Positions 35,695-48,144 of a DNA stretch of 64,000 nucleotides are shown one piece after another. The notes under the pieces are model-generated. The model did no database searches. It was not told the DNA's origin and saw only the letters and a list, made by a program, of their open reading frames with translations. The translations under genes were made by a program, and so were the position numbers. Source of the stretch: Octopus sinensis (Eukaryota); contig NC_043018.1 of the NCBI RefSeq assembly GCF_006345805.1, positions 15,996,001 to 16,060,000 of the forward strand. The letters are read 5' to 3'. Position 1 is the first letter of the stretch. Every line of letters begins with the position of its first letter.

Positions 35695-36320
35695 ACTCTT
35701 TCATCTCTCTCTCTCTTTCTCTCTCTCACTCTCTCCCTCTCTTTCTCTCCCTCTCTCACTTTCTCTCTCTCTCTCTCACTGTCTCATTTCAATTCTTTCT
35801 CTCTTCTCTCTCACTCTCTCCCTCTCTTTCTCTCTCTCTCTCACTTTCTCTCTCTCTCACTGTCTCATTTCAATTCTTTCTCTCTCCTCTCTCACTCTCT
35901 TTCATCTTTTTCTCTCTCCTCTCTCTCTCACCATCTTATCTCTATTTCACTCCTTTCTCTCTCATCTCTCTCTCTCTCTCTTTCCTCTCTCACACACACT
36001 CTCTCACTGTCTCATTTCAATTCTTTCTCTCTCCCCTCTCGCTCCCTTTCATCTTTTTCTCTCTCTCACCATCTCATCTCTATTTCAATTCTTTCTCTCT
36101 CATCTCTCTCACTCTCTCCCTCTCTTTCTCTCTCTCTCTCTCACTGTCTCATTTCAATTTTTTCTCTCTCCCCTCTCGCTCTCTTTCATCTTTTTCTCTC
36201 TCCTCTCTTTCTCACCATCTCATCTCTATTTCACTCCTTTCTCTCTCATCTCTCTCTCCTTCGTCTCTCTCTCTCTCTCTCATTTCTTTCTCTTCTCTCT
36301 CTGTCTCTTCTGAGTAAATC
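35695..36320. repeat. CT-rich compound repeat with a recurring ctctcactgtctcatttcaatt motif
   Basis: The motif occurs 4 times among (CT)n runs. Confidence 0.88.
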
Positions 36321-37120
36321 TCATAGACCCCCACCCCCCACCCATCCACCCCATTTTCAGTATACTTGTGTCTGTTTTACTTTTGATATTCTGCTCTAAT
36401 TGTCACCAGACATCTCTGACACACAGACAGCATTGTTTGTTCTCAATCATCCATGAAAATACTCAGACCAGTCGGAATGTCATTAACGTATATATACACT
36501 ATATATACACTATTTATACGCCCTTAGCCTTTATACTTAACTAAACACCATGCTGCCAGTAAAAATATTTCTTAAACATACACACATACCTTCTGCTATA
36601 TAGTGATGGTCTTGTTGGTTACTATGGTGACAACACTCTATCTTTCACACACACACCACACACACACACACACACTCTCTCTCACTGAATTTCCCTCATC
36701 AACAACAACAACATAGTTAAAGAAATTTTTTAAAGTCTTTGTTGTGTTGTCTCTATGTTGAAAGGCATGCAGAGACGCACAGACATACAAACAATAGAAA
36801 TAACTATCTGTATTGTTAGATAATGAAATTCTTTCTTATTTGAAGTCTGTGTTGTATCAGCAGACATGCACTTGTAATTCTCACATTTCTAATCAAAACT
36901 AGTTCGTTACTATGGTGACAACACTATCTATCTCTCTTTCATACACTCCATCTCACTGTATTTCTCTCCTCCCCTTCTTCCCCTCCTTCACATATATATC
37001 TTGTGATAGACAGATCAGCTTCGCTTTTATATAAGATTTCTACAAAATCATTTATTTTATTTGTTTGTTTTGTTTATTTGATAAATATTTTTAGAATCAC
37101 AAATTTTTTTTTTTTTTCAG

Positions 37121-37246
37121 GGAGAATCTGATTCATATTCTGGAAAATAAAGGATTCCGTGCTGAATTAGCTCGTTTCAATTTGGACTCCAGTTGTTGCA
37201 TTCTAAAGAAGGAACATCGCACTAGTGTCTTTCAAATATTGTCCAG
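37121..37246 (+). CDS. UTP20: UTP20 exon 25
   Basis: ttcag|G...AG|gtaag; ENLIHILENKGFRAELARF...EHRTSVFQILS(R); phase 2/2. Confidence 0.94.
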
Positions 37247-37263
37247 GTAAGACTCGGTGATAT

Positions 37264-37515
37264 GTGGAGGCGCGTGGCTTAGTGGTTAGGGTGTCAGCAT
37301 CATGATCGTAAGATTGTGGTTTCGATTCCTGGACCGGGCGACGTGTTGTGTTCTTGAGCAAAACACTTCATTTCACGTTGCTCCAGTTCACTCAGCTGGC
37401 AAAAATGAGTAACGCTGCGATGAACTGGCGTCCCATCCAGCTGGGGAACAGATACGACATTGAAACCGGGAAACTGGGCCCATGAGCCTGGCTAGGCTTT
37501 AAAAGAGCGCATTTA
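37264..37515 (+). mobile_element. SINE family E (tRNA-like head + TTGAGCAAAACACTTCATTTCAC core)
   Basis: A/B boxes; degenerate relatives at ~15790-15930 (-), 19170-19320 (-), 21500-21700 (+) and 44180-44330 (-). Confidence 0.65.
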
Positions 37516-38089
37516 TTTAGTTTTTAAGACTTGGTGAAGGCAGTTATGGTGGTTGCTGTTGATGTTTGTTTGTTTGTTGAGCGAAGTGGTCTTCGTTCCA
37601 TTAGTGGAAGAAGTCCGAAACGTGGACATGGCTCTGTGGTAAGAAGTTTGCTTCCTAGTTACATGGTTCTAGGTTTAGTCCCACTGTGCGGCACATTGGG
37701 CAAGTGTCTTCTACTCGAGCCTCAGGTTGACCAAAGCCTTGTAGACAGAAACTGAAAGATGCCTGTCGTGTATATGTATATCTAAGTGTCTGTGTCTTTG
37801 TGTCTACGTTTGTCGCCCCCAACTACTTGACAACCAGTGTTAGTGTGTTTACGCCCCCATAACTTAGCAGTTCAGCGGAAGGGAGCAATAGAATAAGGAC
37901 CAGGTTTTAACAAAAATTTTGGAGTTGATTCATTCAACTAAAATTCTTTAAGGCCGTGCTCCAGCATGGCCGTAGTCTGATGACTAAAACATGTAAAAGA
38001 ATTAAAGAAAAGACGGGAGATGATCTTGTTTTTTTTTTTTTCTTTTCATTTCTATTACTGATGAGTATTGTGTTCGTTTTGTATTAAAG

Positions 38090-38232
38090 GATACTCTGTG
38101 GAGTTTTGAAAAACAAGAAAACACCTGAGTCAAAGAAAGGACAGGTGTTCACCTTCTTTTGTGGCTGCAGTCTCCAAGAAAGAATTAATTTTGTTGAAGT
38201 CGTCTTAAAGCCATGGTTGGATTTCTCGGCAA
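38090..38232 (+). CDS. UTP20: UTP20 exon 26
   Basis: taaag|G...A|gtaag; ILCGVLKNKK...FFCGC...VLKPWLDFSA; phase 2/1. Confidence 0.9.
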
Positions 38233-38914
38233 GTAAGTCCTGTTTTATTCTTCTCATTCTACTTGTCTTGAAAAGTGCAGAGCTGCCGGATAGTTTATCA
38301 GCAGAGGAATTTCAACATATGTCACCGCTTTTTTTTTCTTTGGTTTTCATGTGAACGCACCGAGTGTAAATATATATCTGCAAGCTGGGCTGTTTGGTTG
38401 AGAAGTTTACTTTGAATCTACATTGTTGAGGGATTGGGTTATACCATAATTAATGCAAAATTATTCATATTAACTGACATAGGTGGTTTAAATTGAATGT
38501 GTTCTCCCCTATTCTTCTTTGAGACCTTTAAGCTCTTTTGTCCTGCAGATTACAAGGCAACCTAACTGGTGCTGGTGCCACAATACAAAGAAAGCACTTA
38601 GTACATTCTGTAAAGCAGTTGGCATGAGGAAGGACAGACATCCAGCTATAGAAATCATGCCAAAAGAGAGACAATGGATCTCCCTGGGGCTGTCCTGACT
38701 CATCAGATCTTGTTCAACTGTTAAACCCATGGAAAGTGGATGCAATATGATGAAGAGGAGGGACTGACATCGGTGGTTCAAATAGTACATGTCTCTTTCC
38801 TATTCTTCTTTGAGTTATGGAAACCTTTAAGCTCTTTAGTCCTACAGATGACATGGCAACCTAATTGGTGCTGGTGCCACAAAGAAAAAATAGCATTCAG
38901 TACATGATACATTC

Positions 38915-39385
38915 TACATTATTTACATTCGATGGATAATTGTCATCTTGTTTGTTGTTAACATGTTTCGGCTGATATACCCTCCAGCCTTCATCAGATG
39001 TCTTGGCGAACTGGCAGAATCGTTAGCACGCCGGGCGAAATGTGTAGCCGTATTTCGTCTGCCGCTACGTTCTGAGTTCAAATTCCGCTGAGGTCGACTT
39101 TGCCTTTCCTCCTTTCGGTGTCGATAAATTAAGTACCAGTTACGCACTGGGGTTGATGTAATCGACTTAATCCCTTTGTCTGTCCTTGTTTGTTCTCTCT
39201 ATGTTTAGCCCCTTGTGGGCAATAAAGAAATAAGATGTCTTGGGGAAATTTCAAACCTGGGTTCTCATTCCTAAGGTATTTTTCAATGTTATTATTATTA
39301 TTATTATTATTCAGGTCACTGCCTGGAATCGAACTCGGAATCTTGGGGTTAGTAGCCCGTGCTCTTAACCACTACGCCATGTGCC
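38915..39385 (-). mobile_element. SINE family H copy, interrupted by a family B SINE
   Basis: Collinear with 15969-16222 once the 39007-39243 insert and one TSD are removed. Confidence 0.72.
39007..39232 (+). mobile_element. SINE family B copy inserted in the hammerhead-tail SINE (family H)
   Basis: 11-nt TSD agatgtcttgg at 38996-39006 and 39233-39243. Confidence 0.85.
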
Positions 39386-39582
39386 TGTAGTGTAAAGCAG
39401 TTGGCATTAGGAAGGACAGGCATCCAGCTATAGAAAACCTGCCTCAACAGATTCTGTCTGGCCCATGCGAGCATAGAAAAGTGGACAGAAAATGGTGGTG
39501 GAAGTGGTGGTTGCTGCTGTTGTTGTTGTTGTTAAAAGCTCAGTTATTATTAATGAATTAATTCTCTTTTTGAATTTTTTAG

Positions 39583-39655
39583 ATTATTCATCATTTGAAC
39601 AACTGAAGAATTCCATCGATTTAACCAAAATATTTCCTCCATCAATGTTTCAAAG
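39583..39655 (+). CDS. UTP20: UTP20 exon 27
   Basis: tttag|AT...AG|gtaaa; (N)YSSFEQLKNSIDLTKIFPPSMFQ(S); phase 1/2. Confidence 0.88.
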
Positions 39656-40534
39656 GTAAAAAGACAAAACAATTCCAAATTTTAAACATTTAAAATTTAT
39701 TCCATCCAATAGGAAGTCAGAAAACTGGCGTTAACTGATGGATGATGATGATTTTATACGTATAGGTATATATAGAAGGTGCATAGTTCATATGTATGTA
39801 TATATCTGTATGTGTGTCTTTGTGACTGTGCTTGTCCCACTCCCCCTATCACTGCTTGACAATCAGTGTTGGTGTGTTTGCATTCCTATAACTTAGCGAT
39901 TCAGCAAAAGACACTGGCAGAATAAGTACTAGGTTTAAAAAATAAGGGGTTGATTTGTTTGACTAAAACCCATCTAGGCAGCGCTCCAGCATGGCCACAG
40001 TCAAATGACTGAAACAAGTAAAAGAATAAAAAATAAAAGAACATATATATATGTATGTTGGCCTGCTCGCTTAGCCAGCGGGGTGGCGTCATTTGATGGC
40101 TAAAATAATGCGAAGCGCATTGTGACCAGCGATGTGTAGCAACATCTGATAGCCCGGTTGATCACGGTGATATATATGTATGTATGTATTTATACAGTTG
40201 GAATTTGCAAAAAGTCAAAGCAAAAGATGAAGATGGGTGTGTAAACAACAAACAGATATATTAGTTTTAATGCTCAGGAAGTGAGAAAGTCTTTTTACGT
40301 TTTGAGCATATGCTCTTCAACAGAAAGGAACTCAGAAATAAGATGAGAGAAAATAAAAAGAGGTTTAGTGGCTAGCAATAAATCGTGGCTATATTCAGTC
40401 TCAGAATATTTTCCATTTTTCCGTTCATAATCATCACCATCATCATTGGCATGGTTTCTATGGCTGGATGGCCTTCCTAATGCTAACCACTCCAAGAGTG
40501 TAATGGGTGGTTTTTAATTTGCCAGTTACTAAAC

Positions 40535-41120
40535 ATCAGCATCGGTCACAACTGCAATCTCACTTGGCTTGACAAGTCTTCTGAAGCACAGTATATTACC
40601 AAAGGTCTTGGTCGCATGTCACTGCCCCTGTGAAGCCCAAAGTTCAAACGGTGCTTTTTACGTGCCCCTAGCATGGGTGCCAGGTATTTGTCACCAGCAT
40701 CGGCCACAACTGTGATTTCACTTGGCTTCATGGGTCTTCACAAGCACAGTATATTGCCAAAGGTATCGATCACTTGTCACTGCCCCTGTGAGGCCCAAAG
40801 TTTGAAGGGTGCTTTTTATGTGCCTTGGCAGGGGTTCAGGTATGCAACACCCATATCAGCCACGACTGATTTCACTCAGCTTGATGGGTCTTCTGAAGCA
40901 CAGCGTATTGCCAAAGGTCTCGGTCACTTCCCATTGCTTGCATAGGTCCCAACATTTGAAGGGTGCTTTTTACGTACCTCTGGCATGGGTTCCAGGTATG
41001 CAACACCAGCATCAGCGATGACTACGATTTCACTTGGCTTGATGGGTCTTTTAAAGCATGGCTTATTGCCAAAGGTATCGGTCACTTGCCATTGCCTGCA
41101 TGAGGTCCAACATTTGAAGA
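40535..41120. repeat. ~154-158-bp tandem repeat (3 units plus a partial), derived from a family C-like element
   Basis: cacttggctt-like anchors at 40561, 40719, 40873 and 41031. Confidence 0.82.
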
Positions 41121-41234
41121 TCATACTTCATTACATATTTCAATTCTTGTTTATTCTCAACTCATGTAAAACTTTTTTTTCTTTTTTACATAAAAAACTC
41201 CAAAAAAAAACCTCTCAAAACTCCAAAACCGTAG

Positions 41235-41430
41235 TTTCTCCAACCTGATATGGCTTATCTTGAGAAAGTTGGGACATTACCTGCAGTCTTACCTGCAGAA
41301 TATACTGCATGTCATCTTAGGAATGATTGCCACTGTCAACGCATGCCTCAAGAATAAACGAAAAATTTACCAAAAAGTTGTGAAATGCTTATTGAAAGCT
41401 TCCAGACCATGTTACCTGCGATTATATCAG
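41235..41430 (+). CDS. UTP20: UTP20 exon 28
   Basis: cgtag|T...CAG|gtgag; FSNLIWLILRKLGHYLQSYLQNILHVILGMIATV...RLYQ; phase 2/0; atypical A-rich acceptor context. Confidence 0.87.
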
Positions 41431-41499
41431 GTGAGTTCTTTCTTTCTTTTCTTTTATTTTGTCTTGTTTTGTTCTTTGGATTGTTAACTCTGTTGGCAA

Positions 41500-41762
41500 C
41501 AAAGAGTCTCTCTTTCTCTCTGTCTGTCTATCTTTCTCTCCCTCTTACTTTCTGTATCTGTTTGTCTGTCTGCCTGTCTCAGTCCCACTCTTTCTGTCTG
41601 TCTGTCCTGTTCTCTCTCTCCCTCTCTCTCTTTCTATGTTTCTGTGTTTCTTTGCTTTTCTCTATGTTTCTCCCCCTCTCTGTGTATCTGTTTCCTCCAC
41701 TCTCTCTTTTTGTCTGTCTCTCTCCTTCTCTCTGTTTGTCTGCCCCCCTCTCTTTCTGTGTC

Positions 41763-41797
<35 letters not shown>

Positions 41798-41800
41798 TCA
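41500..41800. repeat. CT/CTGT low-complexity tract
   Basis: Direct reading. Confidence 0.88.
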
Positions 41801-41984
41801 TGTCAATTTATATTAATTAATAACACACACCATTTTCCCCCTTCTCTGCAATCAAGCTTAACCCTTCAGGGTTTAAACAGGTCAGGTCTGGCCAAAAATT
41901 CCCTTGTTTCATCTTCAAACTGGTCAGATCTGGTTTTTCATGGCTACCATAGAGTGTCATTTTAAAAATTAACAATCATCATCA

Positions 41985-42300
41985 TCATCGTTTAACGTCC
42001 GCTTTCCATGCTAGCACGGGTTGGACGGTTCGACCGGGGTCTGGGAAGCCAGAAGGCTGCACCAGGCTCCAGTCTGATCTGGCAGTGTTTCTACAGCTGG
42101 ATGCCCTTCCTAACGCCAACCACTCCGCGAGTGTAGTGGGTGCTTTTTTACGTGCCAGGGGAGTCTGGCATCGGCCACGATCGGTTGGTGCTTTTAACGT
42201 GCGATCAGCATGGAAGCCAGTCATGGCGGCGCTGGCATCAGCCATGTTCGGATGGTGCTTTTTATGTGCCACCGGCATAGATGCCAGTCGAGGCGACATC
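41985..42300 (-). mobile_element. Repeat family C copy
   Basis: (CAT)n followed by the reverse complement of family C. Confidence 0.75.
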
Positions 42301-42452
42301 ATTGATATCTCAAAGTCATGAAATGACGCAGGATTAATTAAAAATATTATTAATACCGAAGCTTTACATTTGACAAAATAATCTGAATGCTAAAGGATTA
42401 AAGACCGTATTATTTAATTTGCATAAAACAGCAAGCTCATAGAATCATTACC

Positions 42453-42670
42453 TATTTCTTTACTACCCACAAGGGGCTAAACACAGAGAGGACAAACAAG
42501 GACATACAAACGGATTAAGTCGAGTACATCGACCTCAGTGCGCAACTGGTACTTAATTTATCGACCCCGAAAGGACGAAAGGCAAAGTCGACCTGGGCGG
42601 AATTTGAACTCAGAACATACTGCTAAGCATTTCACCCAGGCTGCAAACGCTTCTGCCAGCTTGATGCCTT
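42453..42670 (-). mobile_element. SINE family B copy
   Basis: 9-nt TSD atcattacc at 42444-42452 and 42671-42679. Confidence 0.8.
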
Positions 42671-42994
42671 ATCATTACCACATCGGACAATATATGTAAC
42701 AGCATTTCTTCCAGCCAGTTTGTTGTGCTGTGAGTTCAAATCCCACCCAGGTTGACTTTGTCTTTCATCCTTTCAGGGTTGATAAAATAAAGTACCAGAC
42801 AAGTACTTAGAGTCGACGTATTTGACTAAATCATTCCCTTACCAAATTTATCTAATTTATATCTCCGCTTCATCATAATCTTTATTATTATTTTTTTTCA
42901 TTCACTTATTTATTTACTTTTGTGGATGGATTTTTTTTGTGAATTCTTCAAATTTAATCTTTTTTCGTTTTTTATGTTTTTTTCAATGATGCAG

Positions 42995-43072
42995 TTCTTC
43001 AAAGTTTTTGAAACTTACTCCTTCACACCTCAAGACATTGATTCCATCTTTGATGTTGTTGTTTGGCCAAAG
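42995..43072 (+). CDS. UTP20: UTP20 exon 29
   Basis: tgcag|TTC...AAG|gtgag; FFKVFETYSFTPQDIDSIFDVVVWPK; phase 0/0. Confidence 0.94.
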
Positions 43073-44484
43073 GTGAGTGAATATATATGTATATATACTT
43101 CAATTTTTCTTGTGGCTGTGTGGTAAGAAGCTTGCTTCCCAACCACATGGGTTCAGGTTCAGTTCCACTGCATTGCACATTGGGCAAGTGTCTTCTTCTA
43201 TAGACTTGGGCTGACCAAAGGCTTGTGAGTGGATTTGCTTGATGGAAACTGAAAGAAGCCCTGTCATATATGTATGTATGTATGTGTGTGCCTTTGTTTT
43301 GTGTTTGTCCCCCACCCTTGCTTCACAACCAGAGTTGGTGTGTTTACATCCCTGTAACCTAGCAGTTCAGCAAAAGAGACAGATAAAATAAGTATCAGTC
43401 TTAAATGAAAATAAAGTCCTGGGGTTGGTTTGTTTGACTGAGACCCTTTCAGGGTGGTGCCCTAGCATGGCCACAGGCAAACTACTAAAACAAGAAAAAG
43501 GAAAAGAAAATACGTGTGTGTGTGTGTGATGATTGCAACACCCAAGCTGCTGTCTGGCACTAAGCAGTGGCAACAAGAACAACAACAACACCACCATCAT
43601 CATCATTATCCACAACACAAAATAAACATCATCATCATCATCACTTAACATCCACTTTCCATGCTAGCATGGGTTGAACAATTTGACTGAGGTCTGGCGA
43701 ACCAGATGGCTGCACCAGGCCCCAATCTGATCTAGCAGAGTTTCTACAGTTAGATGCCCTTCTTAATGCCGACCACTCCGAGAGTGTAGTGGATGCTTTT
43801 ACGTGCCACCGGCATGAGGGCCAGTTTGGTGGTACTGGCAATGACCACGCCCAAATGGTTGTTTTTTACATGCCACCTGCACAGGAGCCAGTCTAGCGGC
43901 TAAAATAATATTTAATCTTTGCCCTCTTTTTAAGATGGCTAACTGGCATAATTGTGAGAGTCTCAGACAATAAAAGATGCTAAATTGCTTAGCGATATTT
44001 CTTCCAGCCCTTGATATTTCTGAGTTCAAATCCCACCCAAGGTCAATTTTGCCTTTCATTCTTTCCGGGTCGATAAAATTTAATTCCAGTGATTGACTGG
44101 AGTCAGCAGTGTCGACTAACATGCCCTGCTCCCCATCCCCTAATAGCGGACCTTGCCAACCATGCACCTTCACTCGCAGAATTACTCATTTTGGCTAGGT
44201 GAGTGGACTGGAGCAACATGAAATGAAGGGTTTCGCTCAAGAACATAATGCATTACCCAGGCCAGGAATCGAAACCACAGTCTTCCAATCATGATTGCTG
44301 CAGCCTAACCTCTGAGCCACGCACCTCCACATGCTGGTCTTTTAATCGCGATCAAAGCACTTAATTCTGTACACTTTCATACAAACTGGATGATGACCCC
44401 TGTTAAAAAAAAGCCCAAACAATATCATTTTAAGGGTTTTGTTGTGAACAATAAATACTTTATTTTATTTCACTCTATTTGTAG

Positions 44485-44564
44485 ATCGTGACCCTCCCTA
44501 AAGATTGCCTTAATGGACCCACGTTCTTGTTGAGACTCTTGAATATTTGGTCCAAAAATCCTAG
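44485..44564 (+). CDS. UTP20: UTP20 exon 30
   Basis: tgtag|ATC...AG|gtaag; IVTLPKDCLNGPTFLLRLLNIWSKNP(R); phase 0/2. Confidence 0.93.
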
Positions 44565-44842
44565 GTAAGTCCATTTACATTTTCATTGTTTAACATTCAC
44601 AAGTGTTATCCAACCTGTTTCTTCCCTCCCTCCTCTACCCCGGCCTCACTATACATTCCAGAAAAATGTTTGCTCCACCGGTGGTCAGAGAAAAAAAACG
44701 ACTTTATTTTTAATATTTTATCACAGTTTAAGGCAGCAGGCAAAATGCTCGGCGGCATTTAATCCGTCTTTATGATCTGAGTTCAAATTCCACCGAGGTC
44801 AGCTTTGCTTTTCATCCTGTCAGGGTCAATAAAATAAGTACC

Positions 44843-45076
44843 TATTTCTTTATTACCCACAAGGGGCTAAACATAGAGGGGACAAACAAGGACAGACATA
44901 GGTATTAAGTCGATTACATCGACCCCAGTGCGTAACTGGTACTTAATTTATCGACCCCGAAAGAATGAAAGGCAAAGTCGACCTGGGCGGAATTTGAACT
45001 CACAACGTAACGGCAGCCGAAATACCACTAAGCATTTCGCCCGACGTGCTAACGTTTCTGCCAGCTCGCCGCCCTC
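44843..45076 (-). mobile_element. SINE family B copy nested in an antiparallel older B copy
   Basis: Short TSD gtacc at 44838-44842 and 45077-45081; the host B continues on both sides. Confidence 0.75.
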
Positions 45077-45774
45077 GTACCAGTGAAACACTGGGGTTGA
45101 TATCAACTCCAGTCCCCTCCCCCCAAAATTCCAGACCTTGTGCTTTTAGTAGAAAGAATTATTATTATTATTATTAAGGCAGCAAGCTGGCAGAAACGTT
45201 AGCGCGTTGGGTGAAATGCTTAGCGGTATTTCGTCTGCCGCTACGTTCTGAGTTCAAATTCCGCCCAGGTCGACTTTGCCTTTCATCCTTTCGGGGTCGA
45301 TAAATAAAGTACCAGTTTCGCACTGGGGTCGTTGTAATCGACTTAATCCCTTTGCCTGTCCTTGTTTGTCCCCTCTATGTTTAGCCCCTTGTGGGCAATA
45401 AAGAAATTAGAATCGTTAGCAAGCTGGGAAAAGTGCTTAGCCACATTTCACCCTTCTTTATGTTCTGAGTTCTAGTTCTGCTGAGGTCAGCTTTGCCTTT
45501 CAACCTTTTAAGGGGCTGATAAAATAAATACCAGTTGAACACTGGGGTCAATATAACTGACTATTCCCCCTCCTCCTCCAAAGTTCCAGGCCTTGTGCCT
45601 ATAATAGAAAGGGTTATTAATGGTATCTGGTTATAGAATCGGTGGAGTGATGAGCAAAATAGCCTTGCGATATTTAGTGAAGTCTATTACATTCTGAGTT
45701 CAAACCCTAGTCGAGTACTTAAATGTTGTTATATTATCATTGTTGATCTCCACTGCCCCATGACAACCACTCAT

Positions 45775-46370
45775 CATCATCATCATTGTTTAGCGTCCGC
45801 TTTCCATGCTGGCATGGGTTGGACGGTGCAACTGGGGTCTGGGAAGCCAGAAGGCTGCACCAGGCTCAGTCTGATCTGGCAATGTTTCTACAGCTGGATG
45901 CCCTTCCTAACGCCAACCACTCCGTGAGTGTAGTGGGTGCTTTTTATGTGCCACCGGCACAGGTGCCAGACGGGGCTGGCAAACGGCCACGGTCAGATGG
46001 TGCTTTTTACATGCCACCGGCACGGAGGCCAGGCGAGGCTGGCAACGGCCACGATTGGATGGTGCTTTTTACATGCCACCGGCACGGAGGCCAGGCAAGG
46101 CTGGCAAACGGCCACAATCAGATGGTGCTTTTTACGTGCCACCGGCACGGAGGCCAGGTGAGGCTGGCAAACGGCCACGATCAGATGGTGCTTTTTACAT
46201 GCCACCGGCACGGAGGCTAGGTGAGGCTGGCAACGGCCACGATCAGATAGTGCTTTATATGTGTACCAGCACGGACGCCAGTCGGGGCATCGCTGGCACG
46301 GCCACGTTTGGATGATTCTCTTATGTGCCACCAGCACTGGTATCACAGCTACAATTTCCATTGATGTTGA
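45775..46370 (-). mobile_element. Repeat family C copy with an expanded internal 62-63-bp array
   Basis: ggtgctttttac unit starts near 45936, 45999, 46061, 46124, 46187 and 46249. Confidence 0.8.
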
Positions 46371-46423
46371 TTGATTTACCAATTCCATCATGTGCGTCTT
46401 TCACATTTTCTTTTCTTCTCCAG

Positions 46424-46650
46424 GCTGTTTCCTTGTTTCCTGAAGACGAAGATGATGGATGGCATTAGCGTCTGTCCATTGTCTTTCGTATTCCAGCTTC
46501 TCTGCACCAAACGTATCAGCCGGACGGTCAGCTTACACATCGTAGAAATGGTTATTAACTTTTACAACCCTGAGTTACCTGAGGATGATGAGTTGGAATT
46601 TAAATTGGTTGTCGTCAATGGATCAGGTGCACACAGCCAAGATGTGAAAG
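46424..46650 (+). CDS. UTP20: UTP20 exon 31
   Basis: tccag|G...G|gtttg; LFPCFLKTK...EMVINFYNPEL...HSQDVK; phase 2/1. Confidence 0.86.
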
Positions 46651-47281
46651 GTTTGCTTTGTTATTTTCATCTTTTTGTTTTATTTTACTTAATCATTCTT
46701 CTTCTTCTTCTTCTTCTTCTTAGTATTATTATTATTATTATTATTAATATTAATTTGACCAGGCTCCCGTGGCTTTTATGGGTTTTCTCCACGTGAGACC
46801 CTTTCCTTTTTTCGAAGCCTCTCCTCTATTGGGAGTATTGTAAATTGTTGAATTTTTTCGTTGTTGTAAAGCTTGTTTACACGAACTTTTTTCTTTCGAA
46901 AAACAGACAAAACCTTTTGTAACCTTTCGTCCTGTTTTGTCCCTTTATGTTTTCTAATCATATTTGTCAGCCCTTGTGGCCAATAAAAAGAATTAATTAT
47001 TATTATTCTTATTTAGTATTTAGTCCGACCAAATCTGGCTTTTCAGACCTACCCTAAAATTAAACAATCACATCATTGAAATCTCAAAGGTTCAATTTAA
47101 CGCAGGATTAATTCAAAACAATTGGAATAAATAAACCAAACATTTGACAGAATAATCTGAATGCTAAAAGGTTGAATCTTCCCTCATCCATTTTCTCTTG
47201 GACATTCTCTAATAATAATGACGTATTCCGAATTCCAAAACTGTTTCCTTATTCTCTTGTTTCTTCCTCCTTCTTTTTCAG

Positions 47282-47411
47282 AACTTGGCACTGAAGTCCT
47301 GAAACCACATTCTGAAAGCATTATGACATATTTGAAGAATTATTTCACCGCTGTTCGCAAAAGATTGGGCATGAAGAAGGCCAACCCCAGAGAATTATCA
47401 ATACTTTCTCA
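47282..47411 (+). CDS. UTP20: UTP20 exon 32
   Basis: ttcag|AA...CA|gtacg; (E)LGTEVLKPHSESIMTYL...PRELSILS(H); phase 1/2. Confidence 0.92.
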
Positions 47412-47455
47412 GTACGTTAACAACTTGTTGCATTATTATTATTATTAATAGTAGT

Positions 47456-47487
<32 letters not shown>

Positions 47488-47681
47488 CAGCAGTAGTAGT
47501 GATGGTGGTGGTAGTAGAAGTTATTTGTTGTCTAATGGGATCTGTGATGAACCAAACGATGTATTAAGGGCTGATCATTTGGTCTAACAAACCATGCAGT
47601 TTAATACTTCCATCTAGAATTTTTATGGAAAGCTTTAATTTAGATTACTCTAATCCTTTATCATTCCGATTATTCTGTTAA

Positions 47682-48144
47682 CCCTTTCGATACCAACCCG
47701 GCTGAAACCGCCTCTAGTTCTGTAGTACAAATGTCTTGTTTTCATAAGTTCTGAATTAAAATCTTCCACAAACCTTAATCATAATTTATGTTCCTAACAC
47801 TAGCTGAATGATAACTAAGTTATTTCGCTAAATTCTTTGTTATACCTAAAATTAATCGAAAGAAACACAGAGCATCTCAACAGAAATATGGCAACCAAAG
47901 GGTTAGCAAAGGATTAATTTAACTCTTTCAATACAAACCCGACTGAAACCACCTCTGGTTCTGTAGTACAAATGTCTTGTTTTCATAAATTCTGAATTAA
48001 AATCTTCCACCAAACCTTAGTCACAATTTATGTTCCTAAAACTAGCTGAATGATAACTAAGTTATTTTACTAAATTCTTTGTTATGTCTAAAATTAATCG
48101 AAAGAAACACAGAGCATCTCAACAGAAGTATGTTAACAAAAGGG
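47682..48144 (+). mobile_element. Two family G MITEs in tandem, nested at a TTAA inside a family F MITE
   Basis: Units at ~47682-47902 and 47923-48144; the F sequence resumes after TTAA at 48145. Confidence 0.72.

Noticed and set aside
35374-36399. 341-aa Ser/Leu-rich ORF
   Set aside because: It is a CT low-complexity tract. It crosses exon 24 in a different frame from UTP20.
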